Below, in pieces: positions 41,576 through 55,980 of a stretch of DNA of 64,000 bases; the first letter of the stretch is position 1; each line of letters opens with the position of its first letter. The notes under the pieces are model-generated. The model did no database searches. It was not told the origin of the DNA and saw nothing but the letters and a program-made list of their open reading frames with translations. The translations under genes and the position numbers were made by a program. The DNA is from Octopus vulgaris (taxonomy: Eukaryota): positions 113,336,001 through 113,400,000 of the forward strand of contig OX597819.1 in NCBI GenBank assembly GCA_951406725.2. Direction: 5' to 3'.

Positions 41576-42722
41576 TACCACCACCAGACATTCCCACCAC
41601 TATCAGACATTCCCACTAGCATCAGATATTCCCACCACCGTTAGCCATTCCCACCACCGTAAGACATTCCCACCACCGTAAGACATTCCCAGCAACGTCA
41701 GATATTCCCACCACCGTCAGACATCCCACCACCGTAATACATTCTCATTGCCGTCGGACATTCCCACCACCGTAAGACATTCTCACCACCGTAAGACATT
41801 CCCACCACCGTAAGACATTCCCACCACCGTAAGACATTCCCACCACCGTAAGACATTCCCATCGCCGTCAGACATTCCCACCACCGTCTGACATTACTAC
41901 CACTGTAAGACATCCCACCACCGTAATACATTCTCAACACCATAAAACATTCCCACTACCGTCAGACATTCCCACCACCGTCAGACATTCCCACCACCGT
42001 AAGACATTCCCACCACCGTAAGACATTCCCATCGCCGTCAGACATTCCCACCACCGTCTGACATTACTACCACTGTAAGACATTCCCACCACCGTAAGAC
42101 ATTCTCAACACCATAAAACATTCCCACTACCGTCAGACATTCCCACCACCGTCAGACATTCCCACCACCGTAAGACATTCCCACCACCGTAAGACATTCC
42201 CATCGCCGTCAGACATTCCCACCACCGTCTGACATTACTACCACTGTAAGACATTCCCACCACCGTAAGACATTCTCAACACCATAAAACATTCCCACTA
42301 CCGTCAGACATTCCCACCACCGTCAGACATTCCCACCACCGTAAGACATTCCCACCACCGTAAGACTTCCCATCGCCGTCAGACATTCCCACCACCGTCT
42401 GACATTACTACCACTGTAAGACATTCCCACCACCGTAAGACATTCTCAACACCATAAAACATTCCCACCACCGTCAGACATTCCCACCACCGTAAGACAT
42501 TCCCACCACCGTAAGATATTCCCATCGCTGTCAGACATTCCCACCACCGTCTGACATTACTACCACTGTAAGACATTCCCACCACCGTAAGACATTCTCA
42601 ACACCATAAAACATTCCCACTACCGTCAGACATTCCCACCACCGTCAGACATTCCCACCACCGTAAGACATTCCCACCACCGTAAGACTTTCCCACCACC
42701 GTCTGACATTACCACCACCATA
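41576..42722. repeat. 19-bp minisatellite (cattcccaccaccgtaaga), about 60 units, with higher-order structure
   Basis: Variant unit acattac- recurs at 41891, 42061, 42232, 42402, 42554, 42706. Confidence 0.95.
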
Positions 42723-42763
42723 CCGTATGTATATATTTCTGTATTCTTTTAATCTTTATATTC

Positions 42764-43066
42764 TTTTACTGGTTCCAGTTACTGAACTGAGGCCATGCTG
42801 GGGCACCACCTTTAAGGGGTTTTAGTTGGTCATATCTAATCCACAACTTATTTCCATCAAGTATTTTATTGATTTTTATTTCAGTCATTAAACAGTGGCC
42901 ATGCTGGTGCACTGCCTTGAGGAAATTAGTCGAATAGACCCCAGTATTTATTTTTTCAAGTTTGGTACTTTTTCTATCGATCACTTTTGCCGAGCAGCTA
43001 ATTTGCGGGGACATAAACAAACCAACAACGGTTGTCAAGCGGTGGTGTGTGGGGTCATACATACAT

Positions 43067-43112
<46 letters not shown>

Positions 43113-43497
43113 CTGGATTCCACACAGTTTCCGTCAGCCAAATTCACTCACAAGACATTAGCCGGCCCAGAGTTATAGTAGAAGACACTTGCCCAAGATG
43201 CTGTGCAGTAGTACTGACCCCAAAACCACGTGATAGCAAAGCGAGCGTCGTGTATGTATGTATGTATGTATGTATGTATGTATGTATGAGTGTGTGTGTG
43301 TTTGTATTTATCCTAGTGCCATTGTATAGCAACGACAGACTTCTTTCAGATTCCACTAATGAAATCTACACACAAGGCTTTGGTCGGTTCAGGGCCATAG
43401 TAGCGGACACTTTCCCAAGTTTCCCACGCAGTGGAACTGAACCCGAGACCATAATATTGGAAAGCAAGCTTCTTACCACACAGCCACGCCTGCGCCT
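42764..43497 (-). mobile_element. SINE family A fragments
   Basis: Family A tail, body and head motifs. Confidence 0.75.
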
Positions 43498-43964
43498 ATG
43501 TTCAGCTTTCCTTGGAAAACCTTTTCCATTCCTTACACCTGTCCACATAATTAACCCTTTTCGTTGTCAAACTGTGAGTTGTATAGCTGCAGTCATCGAA
43601 ATCTCCATCAAATTCAATATGAAACGAAACGTATAACCTAGTGTGAATAATGTACTTTGCTGATCGAGTATCAGGCTCTTCATGTCATCTATACAAGACG
43701 TGTATATGCTTGATGCGAATCAACAGCCTGCACAAATACCTTTTTGGGTCGCTCTCCACTATTGCATTTGTATGTATATACGTATGCACACACACACACA
43801 CACACACTCACTCACTCACTCACTCGCTCACATACACATACACTCACACACACAAAAGTGATCAAATGAAAAAAAGTAGCACTCAACACGTGGTTGGAGT
43901 TTGGTTCAGCTCCACTCAACTTAAAATTTTGTTAGCATAGGATACGTCCACCTCATTAGTGTGA

Positions 43965-44380
43965 GCAGCACTGGATTGACCACTAAACAAAATAAGCACA
44001 AACTTAGGGCAAGGGAAGGCGGCACCACAGAAATGGTAAATGATTTACGGCACAAAAGAAATCACTTTAAATTTGCTAAAATAATATTCCAAGTGGTTTA
44101 TATGATGGGAAATATAATTTCGAAGGGTTCATGGTGAAATAGAATCTGACCCAAGACTTTGCAATGAAATAAATAGGTAGGAGAAAACTTTTCAAATATA
44201 ATTATAAATATAAAGTAGAAGTATTAAAAAAATAAATTTCAAGGTTAATTTTGTGTCATTTTGAAAGATTTAAATTTATTTTATGATTTATTATTGTTTA
44301 TATTTTGAATTACATATATATATGGGGACATCAAAAACTTTCAAGTGCTTCTAGGCTGAATGGGTTTTAATCCGGCCTTC
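43965..44380. mobile_element. Probable hAT-like MITE, copy 1
   Basis: Homologous to 45960-46768; ends in ttaatccggccttc. Confidence 0.55.
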
Positions 44381-45388
44381 AGTGTATGCATATTATACTA
44401 AGTACGTCTGCCTTGAAGAAAGACAATACAATAAATTTTAAAACTAATAATTTTATTATGGATATTGAAAAATTCAAATCAGCAACGCCACCTAGCCAAG
44501 CAGCTACGCTATGTTGATAAAGGGCAATAACACAGAAACCGGTCCACGGGTGTTGCTTTGTCCTGCATTGGTGTGCTGGACGCCCTTTTCGAAAATATAA
44601 GGACACAGATATTGTGTCGTATAGCCAACTGGAAACGATGTTTCCTGGGGCTAAACAACAGTAACAATCGTGCCTTTCAGGACAGCCACATTATATTGGC
44701 TAATGGCCTTTACTTTGAAGAATTCAATGTCCCATGATAACCAGAACTACTAGAATGGTCATCCCGATGGGAATCCGCTTGCTATAGAGTTAAATGGAAG
44801 TTGTATTTATTCGGCTCTGAAGATTGAGGTACGAGGTGTGATCTATAGTTACAATCTACTTGTCTATTTGTTAAGGTGTTTGTTTCTATGTTTATTTGTA
44901 ACTGTATTTTTAGTATGACGATGTGTGGGCTTGGGCTGGCTGGCAGATGGATGAGGGGTGTAAAGTTGCGTGTCTGGTTTTGTGATTAAAATAATGTATA
45001 AATAGAACGGCGTTAGAGAGGTTAAAATGTCAGTTTTGGAGTTGTGAGTGAATGGGCGTTGTTAATGTTATGTTGACTTGTTTTTTTTTCTCTTGTTTTT
45101 TTTTTGTCTTGGGAAAGTAATGTTCATTGGTGCATGAAGAATTCTTTTATAGATACAGAGGTGAGATTTTTTTTTTATTTGCTTGGTGAAAGCAAAGTTC
45201 GGCTTTAGAATTAAATGATTTTAAGTAGATAAATAAGATCACAAGACTGAAGTTCAGGTGTTGGGGAGAGAAGAGAGGATGGTAGAGGAGATGTCTGTAG
45301 CAGAATATCAATTAACGAGAAAAAGTATGTAAGGAAGTAAGCATACAGATTTCTATGCACAGATATATAAATGTACGTATGTCTTTAC

Positions 45389-45430
<42 letters not shown>

Positions 45431-45860
45431 ACACATATATATACATATAAATATATATATATACATGTGTGTGTGTGTGTGTGTGTATATACTTAAATCC
45501 TCCTCTAGAACTACCTTCCCACTTGGCACCTAACCCATTTTTTTTCATTCTTCCCTCCTTGCAACCATCCTTCTTTATTCTCTCTTTTTTTGTGTGTGGT
45601 GAAGAACTCTAATATCCGAAACGTCAAAGATCATATTCCTTCTTTTTTTCAAGTTATTTTGTGTTTTTCTTGTTTATCTTCTTCATGAGCGTGGCTGCGT
45701 GGTAATAAGCTGCTTCCCAAACACATGGTTCTGGGTTCAATCCCATGGCATGACACCTTGGGCAAGTCTGTTCTATTATAACCTAGGGCCGACCGAAGCT
45801 TTAGCATATTTTTATACAATATTATAAATTTATCCTCATAACCTCATAACAGTCAATTAG

Positions 45861-45921
45861 TGTTACCGAGCGGTTTCGTACATAAACATTCTCCCTAGAA
45901 CGGAAGAACACTCGTCAGACA
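45861..45921 (-). ncRNA. Type I hammerhead ribozyme candidate, intact core
   Basis: Minus strand: tgt CTGACGA gtg-ttcttcc gttcta gggagaa-...-tac GAAA cc gctc g GTA aca; stems II and III pair, stem I only 3 bp. Confidence 0.65.
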
Positions 45922-46228
45922 TGGCTAATCGGAAAAGTATAGCATGGAACCGTTGGTACAGGCGGTCTGAAATCAGCGCTTAACCATTAGCAAAATAAGC
46001 ACGCCCTTAGAGTATCAAAGGAAGGAGGAGTAAATGATTTACGGCATGGTAAATGGTAAATGGTCTACGGCACAAAAGAAATCATTTTAAACTTGCTAAA
46101 ATAATATTCGGGATGCCTTTATCTCTCTCTGCTAAGTATAGATGCAGATGTGTTACCTGAGATTAATTTTGAGGATCTGATCAAAGACTTTGCAATTCAA
46201 AAAAAGTAAGAGGAAACTTTTCAAATAT

Positions 46229-46597
46229 AAACGAGCACTCAGACAGCGCAAACCTCTGCCAAATCAACACCACCGTCCTCTCAATGATTAACCAGAGATG
46301 ATTTTTAAAATGAGAATATCTGAAATAAACTCGACTGTTCTCACAAACGGAAAAAACTAAAAATGAACCCGACCGCTCTCAAATATTAAGTTTAAAAACC
46401 GGAAAAATAATCCTGGATCTTGTCCGGTACCAGATTTGTCCCCAAATCTAATCAGTTCGTGCTAGTCATGGGGCCGAACATCTCTGAAAGTTTCATCCGA
46501 ATCCATCCAGCAGTTCTTGAGATATCTTGTCCACATACAAACAAACAAACAAACACGACTGAAAACAGTAGCTCCGCCTTCGCTAAGGCGGAGGTAA
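46229..46597 (+). mobile_element. Helentron-associated non-autonomous element (HINE/DINE-1-like)
   Basis: Subterminal acctctgcc ... ggcggaggt inverted repeat, (ACAA)n microsatellite, terminal hairpin ctccgcctt-cgct-aaggcggag, no TSD. Confidence 0.65.
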
Positions 46598-47030
46598 TAG
46601 CGTGGAAGTATACAAAAATAAAAATTATTTTCCCTCTTACTGTTTTGTTTCGTTTTGAAAAAAAAAAATTTATTTTATGGTTTGTTACTGTTTATATTTT
46701 GAATTACATAATCTTTTCTGGGGGCAACATAATCTTAGTGCCTCGATGGGTCTTGATCCGTCCCTCTCTGAGACAAATCATTCTGTCGACGAAAAAACTT
46801 GGGCCTTGAGGAAATGTTACATACTGCTATTTTCAAATCTAATATCAAGTAAAAAAAAAAAAAAAAGAAAAAAAGAAAAAAGAGGATGAATTGCTGTGCT
46901 CAGTTATTTAGAAGTTTTTTCAAAACCTTCCCTAATAAATATAATAATGGTTACTATAACTTATTGTTTCTGATTTTTACTATATTTATTATAGATTGTA
47001 TAATTTGGTATATAGAATTATATCGTTTTT

Positions 47031-47300
47031 AATTATCTTAATTACTTTCATTTCAAATTATGACCTTTCAGTTATCTTAGAGTTTTTATTTTAATTTTTT
47101 TAATATTCTTTAATACTTTAATCATTTCATTATATTTATTATTTTAAAATAATTATTTTTAATTATCTTAATTAATTTAATTTCAAATTATGACCTTTAA
47201 GTTATCTTAGAGTTATTATTTTAAATTTTTAAATATCTTTTAATACTTTAACCATTTCATTATATTTATTATTTTTAAATAATTATTTTTAATTATCTTT
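47031..47300. repeat. AT-rich 130-bp tandem duplication
   Basis: aattatcttaatt..ttcaaattatgaccttt at 47031 and 47161. Confidence 0.9.
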
Positions 47301-47391
47301 TAATTTTTAATTATATTGTTTAAAAACAAATTTTAATTTATTTTTTTTTTAATTAATACTTTTATAATATAGTATATATTTTTCGAAGGAT

Positions 47392-47972
47392 CCTTTTCTA
47401 CTCTTGGCACAAGGCCCGAAATTTTGGAGGAGTGAGCCAATCGATTAGATTGAATCCTGTACGCAACCGGTACTTAATTTATCAACCCCGAAAGGATGAA
47501 ATGCAAACTCGACCTCGGCGGAATTTGAGCTCAGAACGTAGCGACAGACGAAATACCTATTTCTTTACTACCCACAAGGGGCTAAACACAGAGGGGGCAA
47601 ACAAGGACAGACAAACGGATTAAGTCGATTATATCGACCCCAGTGCTCAACTGGTACTTATTTAATCGCCCCCGAAAGGATGAAAGGCACAGTCGACCTC
47701 GGAGGAATTTCAACTCAGAACGTAACGGCAGACGAAATACCTATTTCTTTACTACCCACAAGGAGCTAAACACAGAGTGGACAAACAATGACAGACAAAT
47801 GGATTAAGTCGATTACATCAACCTCAGTGCGTAACTGGTACTTAATTTATCGACCCCGAAAGGATGAAAGGCAAAGTCAACCTCGGCGGAATTTGAACTC
47901 AGAACGTAGCGACAGACGAAATACCGCTAAGCATTTCGCCCGGCGTGCTAACGTGTCTGCCAGCTCACCGCC
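47392..47972 (-). mobile_element. SINE family B with three tandem internal units
   Basis: One head (about 47925-47972) and three body units with ~184-bp period. Confidence 0.9.
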
Positions 47973-48590
47973 CTATATTTTTCTGAGGATTAACTTACTT
48001 ATGACATACTAGATCATCTAATAAAATGACAAATATCAGGTAGATAATTAAATTCTCGAATTTAATTTAGAATTTTATTTCATATTTTACATTTTTTTAA
48101 TTGCTTTACCTGATCTATCTTACCTTAATTTGGAATACAATTATCCGTAATGGAATATTCAATTTAATGAATACCATCTTTCCTAATATATTTCCTTTGG
48201 GATTCTCATTGATTCAACCTGTCTTCCTCTATTCGTTGTATATTTGTATATGTGTGTGTGCGTATGTGTGTGTGTACGTATTTATGTATGTATGTATGTA
48301 TGTATGTATGTATGTATGTATGTATGTATGTATGTATACATTTATATACATATATACACTTACGTATACACACACCTACACACATATATATATATATACA
48401 TATTGTTATATTTAGGGGAGGTCATTTTGCCAATAAACTCACACACTGTTTGATCTTCAGTTGACCTCTATTACTCTTAGAAGAGGAGACACGAAGAACA
48501 GATAATCATTGAAGAGGTCACAGGATGTGTGACGAAGGAACTCTGACAGATAAACTAATAATAATAATAATCATGATGATGATGATGATA

Positions 48591-48650
<60 letters not shown>

Positions 48651-48669
48651 TTGATGATGATGATGATAT

Positions 48670-49140
48670 CAAAGATATTATAAAAGATCAGACAAAAAAG
48701 GTGTGTTTATTGAATGACATGAGTATTCCTTGCGATCACAATATAGCGGCGAAAGAATTTAACAAGATCAGTTAATATAAAGACTTGCTAATAGAAATTG
48801 AAAAAATGTGGCATCTCAAGGCGACTACAGTACCAGTGATTGTAGGATCTCTAGGAAAGAGTAAAAAAAAAAGGCACTGAAACCTATTTGAAAATGATAC
48901 CAGTCTTACCATCCCTACAGGAAGTGAAAAAAATCATGTTAACTGGAACGAATCGTGTACTGAGAAGAGCATTATCGGTGTGAAAACAACATCCATTCAT
49001 GAATTTATTTATTTATTCATTTTTTTTAATACATTTTTTACCTGTGAATTTGCGTGTGTAATCTGAACTTCTCTGCCCTAGGTGTACGGAAAACACTCGG
49101 CGAGAAATGGAAGAAAATTTGAAGAAAGAAGGAAAAATAA
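48670..49140 (+). mobile_element. R4/Dong-clade non-LTR retrotransposon 3' end (RLE domain and 3' UTR)
   Basis: CLLNDMSIPCDHNIAAKEFNKIS*YKDLLIEIEKMWHLKATTVPVIVGSLG...LRRALSV*; flanked by (TGA)n and (TAA)n. Confidence 0.85.
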
Positions 49141-49165
49141 AACAACAACAACAACATAAATAATG

Positions 49166-49221
<56 letters not shown>

Positions 49222-50537
49222 GTGAAGATCAGATAAATAGTGCGTATGATTATTGGCAAAATGACCATTCTCACATACAGCAATATCTGTTTCGACAAGC
49301 GATTTCACATCAAAAATCTTGTAAAACAAAAATATAAACATATATATATGGTGGGTACGTGCGCGCATGTGTGTGCATGTATGTATATATTGAGAGATAT
49401 TACTAATAAAATTATAATTCTTTCTTACCTGATTAATTTATCTACTAAATATGTTTATTTCAACACACCCTTTTATCGCTAGGTAGAAATATAGGTGTGG
49501 CAGGCACTAAGTACTATAGTTTGTTTCAGAGGCGACTCCATACATACATACCAGATTTCGTCACTCGGGTTCATCACAGATTTCGTCTAAGACACATGCC
49601 TGGTCGAAGAACTTCACATTTTTCTTCTTTATTTCTAGCCCCAATTTGGCTTTTTTTTTTTTATATCTAAGCACTATGTCTTTCTCTGTTTCTAAGTTTA
49701 GAGTAAAAATAAAGCAACCCTGCAAAACAACTGGTCTTTACAAACAGACGCACAAAATAAAGCAATCAAATAACGACAGCAGAGTGCACAAACATCAGCG
49801 ATCTGACTGTCGCCTGTCCTCTTGACAAGAGATGCCAGTTAGTCTTTTACACCTACCAGGCTCGTTCGTACTAGCCCGAGTTGCTGGATAATTTTTCGTT
49901 CCTCTAAGAATATTGTAGAACGGAAACTTTTCATAGATTGGAATTTAAATCCTAATCTCTAAAGAAGTTTATTGTTTCAAAAACACAAAAAAACAGTGAA
50001 TTTGAATTACTTTTAATTTTTACGATTATAGATAACAACTCGGGCTGTAACTTCTGAGCCCGAGTCAGGCGCGTGTGAATGATGTCGAGAGAACGTCTGC
50101 TACGAATGATATTTTTTGACACAGACACTGAACGAAAATAGATGAACTGCGACCAGGCTCAATAAAAGAAACCCCGAGTTATTGGCTGCAATAACATACT
50201 TGAAGTCAGTGTTGGCAGAAATTGAATCAGCTTACAAATAAACGTTCACTTTACTAAATTTATACTCGGGCTAAGCTCGAACAGCCCGAGTGACGGGGTC
50301 GCGACTGGCTTGTTTCATCTAGCTGCCTGGTTAAATTAAATTCCTACGTATTAAATTGAAATTCTACCATGATTTCATAAGTATGAATTCTAAGTAGGTC
50401 TATAAACAATAACTCTCAATCTCCAAGACTGGTGAAATTGTCAAATGTAAATGAAGGGATGAGCTGACACATTTACTCCCTAAAAACATTCAACAATATG
50501 AACAGAGGTGATATAACGTTGATAAGAATACGAGTGT

Positions 50538-50607
<70 letters not shown>

Positions 50608-51995
50608 AACATTTTAATCGATTAAATACAGGATCGATTAAGTTGTGCATAAATGTTACATTGCAGCATTTTGGGATATGCTAGTCTATTTGAAACGTAC
50701 GTCGCTAAATAAAACACGCACGCACATGCACAAACACACATGTATATATGTATACACCCTAGACATAGCTGGTTTCAATTCTCGTGAACTCAATTTCTGC
50801 TAAACGTAAGTTGGTAGAGATATGGAAACACAAGTATGTATAAACACTTATAAATATATTAAAACATATAGGTACACATTTACCATATATACACATGTTT
50901 ACACGGATACATGTGTACACATAAAAGACGAGGCATGTAGAAATACATACATACATACATGCATACATACATACATACATAAATATATACATACATACAT
51001 ACATACATACATACATACATACATACATACATACGTACATACATACATACATGCAAATATGCATATAAAACATTCACATGGGTGGACATTTACACTGATG
51101 GGTATGCAGATAGATTCACATACAAGTGTGCGTGTGTGAGTGTGTGGTTGTGTATGTATGTATGTATGTATGTATGTATGTATGTATGTATGTATGTATA
51201 TATGTATGTATGTATGTGTGTGTGTGTGCGCACGCGCGTACATGTATTTCCAGTTTCTATTTATTATATTTCTCACCAACAGAGAAAGAGTCGGTCTCCA
51301 ACAGAGAAACAAGGTCGTCTCATTGGAGTTAGCATTAACTAAGTAATTAAGTTTGTATATACGTGCATGGATGAATTTATGTATGTATGTATGTATGTAT
51401 GTATGTATGTATGTATGTATGTATGTATGCATGCATGTATGTATGTATGTATGTATGTATGTATGTATGTATGTATGTATGTATGTATGTATGTATGTGT
51501 CTGCACATGTTTGCATGTGTTTAAGCTTAGATATCATTGCATATGAGGATCTGTATGTTTCGACTTACGTATATCTACTACGATACACATGTTTACATAT
51601 GTGAATATGTACATATTACATGCTAAACTTCTGGAATGTTTTACATATTTTCACAGTTGTTTTACATATTTTCACAATAATGGCTGCTAAGTTTAATAAG
51701 CCGTGTCTTTAATAATCCGTGTCTTTTCTGGTTTTGTGAAAAAAGCTTCTCGAGATTGGCGCCGATAGAGTTAGTTACATAGTCAAGTGTCCCAAAGTTG
51801 CAGTCTGGTTGCACTATCTGCACATTTCTCATAGGCTTGACATAAATATTTTCTTTTTCTTTTATCGTTAGAATTATGTCAACGTCTGTCGCAAACAGAT
51901 TTCTAATGCCGTGCACATTTCCCTTTGTCTGCTTACATACATGCATGTATGTATGCACTATGTATTCATGTATGTGTGTGTGTCTTTATTTTTGT

Positions 51996-52797
51996 ATTCT
52001 TTTACTTGTTTCAGTCATTTGACTGCGGCCATGATGGAGCACTGCCTTTAGCCAAACTAATCGACCTCAAGTCTTATTCTTTGTAAGCCTAGTACTTATT
52101 CTATTTTTCCCTTTTACCGAACCGCTAAGTTACGGGGACGTAAGCACACCAACATCGGTTGTGAAGCGATGGTGGAGGACAAACAGACACACAAATACAT
52201 ACATACATATTATGTTAACGACGGGCTTCTCTCAGTTTCCTTCTACCAAATCCACTCACAAGGCTTTGGTCGGCCCGAGGCTATAGCAGGAGGCACTTGT
52301 CCAAATTGCCACGCAATGGGACTAAACACGGAACCAAGTGGTTGGAAAGCAATCTACTTACCACACAGCCACTCCTGCGGCTATGTGTGTCTTTATTTTT
52401 TTTTATTATCTTTTATCTGTTTTAGTCATTAGACTGTGACCATGCTGAGGCTCCATTATGAAGAATTTTTAGTCGAATGAATTGACCCCAGTACATATTG
52501 TTTAAGCCTGGTACTTATTCTATCGGTCATTTTTGCCGAACGGCTAAGTTACTGGTACGTAAATACACCAATACCGGTTGTCAAGTGTGGGAACGGGAAC
52601 AAACACAGATACAAAGACACCCACACACACATGTGACGGGCTTCTTTCAGTTTCCGTCTACCAAATCCACTCACCAAGCTTTAATTGTCTCGAAGCTATA
52701 GTAGAAGACACTTGCCCAAGATGTCATGTGGTGGGGAGGAACCCGGAACCATGTGGTTGGGAAGCCAGATTCTTACCACACAGCTATGCCTGCGCCT
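51996..52797 (-). mobile_element. Two tandem SINE family A copies
   Basis: 51996-52383 and 52408-52797. Confidence 0.9.
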
Positions 52798-52991
52798 ATA
52801 TGGATATATGTATTTATGTATGTATATTTCCTTGGGATTTATTTTAAGTTTTTTTTCTTCCTTTGCAGAATTCAAGCTGGTCATTAACAGAATGACAAGT
52901 TTGTATGTGTCAGTGCATGATTGTATGTGTGTCTGTGCATATAAGTATACGTGCGTGTAAATTCTGTTTTTGTATGTGTATGTGTGTGTTT

Positions 52992-53024
<33 letters not shown>

Positions 53025-53157
53025 ATTGCGTGTACTTGTGCTTTTATGTGAAGGTGTATATGTAAATATTTAAGGGTGCATGTCGTGTATGAATGCAATT
53101 TGGGTTTCAGTTTATAGGAGTGTGTGACTGTATTTGTGCATGTGTGTGTGTGTGTGT

Positions 53158-53213
<56 letters not shown>

Positions 53214-53502
53214 ATGCGAGCACTTGGTGTTTATATATGTTTGGTAGTATCTGTATGCGAGAATGCAAGTCCGTCTGTCACTAAATTTGTGTCAGTAAGT
53301 GTGTCTGTGTGTCTACTAAGTTTCTGTAAGTGAATTTGAATATTTGACATTATAAGATGTGCCAAGCTATTTAGCATACCCACAAAATATTTCAGTCGAA
53401 AAACAGGAGAGGGGAAGAGGCGGCATCCGCCGCTAAGATATAAACGCATATACGTACGCCCACACCCATAGTGAGTGAGAGAGAGAGAGAAAGAGAGAGC
53501 TG

Positions 53503-53549
<47 letters not shown>

Positions 53550-54079
53550 AGAGATGGCGAGAGAGAGAAAGATAGGGATGGCGACAGAGAGAGAGAGAGA
53601 GATGGCGTGAGAGAGAGAGATGGCGTGAGAGAGAGAGAGAGAGAGAGAGGGAGATGGTGAGAGAGAGATGGCGAGAGAGAAAGTGACACCACACACACAT
53701 ACACACACACACAAACATAGATGTCTAAAAGTTGAAGATAACTAATCGTAAACGCATAGATTCACCCACGTACACATATACACATAACGACATACTTATA
53801 CATAAACTTACATATACATATCTGATTATATAAGCCTGGTATGCATATTTACACTCTTGCAACTCTTAACGCATACATACATACACATAAACTCATACAT
53901 AACATACATATGCTGCCGTCAAAACAGACGCGCAGGTTTAGCTTAGAGGGCCGTTTAAAATGAGTGTTTGAACATTGTTCGCTACAATTATGCCGATCTA
54001 ACCCAGCCTAGAGTAAATGGAGTTTTCATTTTTCTGTTATAAAGAAGAAAAACACCTTATATTCACCAAATTGATATTA

Positions 54080-54601
54080 CCGTAAATCCTCGAGTATAAT
54101 GCGCATTTCCCCCCAAAAATTTAAAGGTCAAAATCCCTACTGCGTACTATATACGAGGTTATAAAAGAAAAATATTTTCTAAGCAATGTCCGAGTCTCTA
54201 TTTGCTGTCCGGTAATGTTTATTCAGACGCATTCCGTGATACTGGGCGCGAAAATACCTTAAGCTAAGCCTGAAAGCAATGAAGTCATAAAAGAATCATC
54301 CATAACTTGCAGTAAGCAACATTTATTTGAATAAAAGTATTCAGAACACAGAATAACATGTAACAAAAACAGTTTGCAAACATATTTACATTCCCATATA
54401 ACAGTTAAGAACATCACCATTATTGTATTACGCATGCGCGGAAGTGTTTGTTCGACTAGGTGCTGCTGGCTTAATTAGGCACGACTCAAGTTAGAGAAGG
54501 GGTGCGTATTATACACATGGTTTAGGTTTTTCAGAGGTATAACACCCCAAAAATCTCCTGCGTATTATACTCAAGGGCGGACTATACTCCAGGATTTACG
54601 G
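54080..54601. mobile_element. pogo/Tigger-type MITE
   Basis: TA|ccgtaaatcctcgagtata ... tatactccaggatttacgg|TA. Confidence 0.85.
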
Positions 54602-54837
54602 TATTCGGAATGGATTACAAAAACTGCCTTCCACCATTTGCGACTAATTGTGTTACCTTTACACCAGTGAATTAGCCTCCCCGTTTCTGTCAAAATTAAA
54701 AACTATATTAATTCGTATTTGTTTTTATGTAAACAAACTTTCTATATGCTTTCGGTGCAAACGGTTTTTTTATACGGTGCCGTGTTTTACAATCCTGTAA
54801 ATAATAATAATGGTATTTTTATATAAGCTTAGTCGCA

Positions 54838-55118
54838 AAGTTGTTTATGGAAGACCAGCAGTCACCCGTGCATACCAACATTCGCCCATGCATACCGACC
54901 TCCCCTCTTCAGGCCACGGATGTTATCCAAGGGAAAGGCAAAGGCCGATACGGGTTGGCACCAGTGACGTCGCAACTCATTTCTACAGCTGAGTGAACTG
55001 GAGCAACGTGAGATAAAGCGTCTTGCTCAAGAATACAACCGGCAGCCCGGTCTGGGTATCGAACTCACAACCTCACGATCGTAAGCTCGACGCTCTAACC
55101 ACTAAGCCATCTGCCTTC
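54838..55118 (-). mobile_element. SINE family E
   Basis: Reverse complement of the 31175 family. Confidence 0.85.
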
Positions 55119-55502
55119 GCGTATATATGTGCATGTGTGCGTGTGTGTATGTGTATCTGTCTGTTTATCTGTTTGTATGTTGGTATGTATGTATGTATGC
55201 ATGTATGTATGCATGTATGTATGTATGTATGCATGTATGTATGTATGCATGTATGCATGTATGTATGTATGTATGTATGTATGCATGTATGTATGTATGT
55301 ATGTATGTATGTATGTATGTATGTATGTATGCATGCATGTATGTATGTATGTATCTATGTATGTGTGTGTGAGTTTTTGTTAGATAATGACAATAAATGT
55401 CATCTGGCAGAGATAATAAATGCCCAGTGTGACTTCTGTTCGTAAGAAATATTCACACATACATATGCATACATATATACACAGAAGCACAATCATAAAC
55501 AA

Positions 55503-55575
<73 letters not shown>

Positions 55576-55878
55576 AATATATACTCGTATATACATAAAT
55601 ATTAGCTCAAACATGCACAGTTATATACACATATCTACTTACATACATACATACACAAGCACGCATGTACATATATATGTACATACATAAATATAAACAT
55701 ACATCTTGTCGAAATTTCAATGACGGAGCATTCGTTTCTGAGTTAAAGACCTGATCTCTCTCCCTCCCTCTCTCTATGAAGAATATATATATATATGAAT
55801 ATATGCATACACCTATATAGATAGATAGATAGATAGATAGTTAAATAGATAAACAGACAGACAGACAGACAGGCAGGC

Positions 55879-55980
<102 letters not shown>

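Noticed and set aside
41576-42722. CRISPR-like array
   Set aside because: Contiguous tandem units with no unique spacers and no cas genes, in a eukaryotic context
45595-45635. tgaaga...cgaaacgtcaaaga hammerhead-like motif
   Set aside because: Core lacks C3 and the stems do not pair
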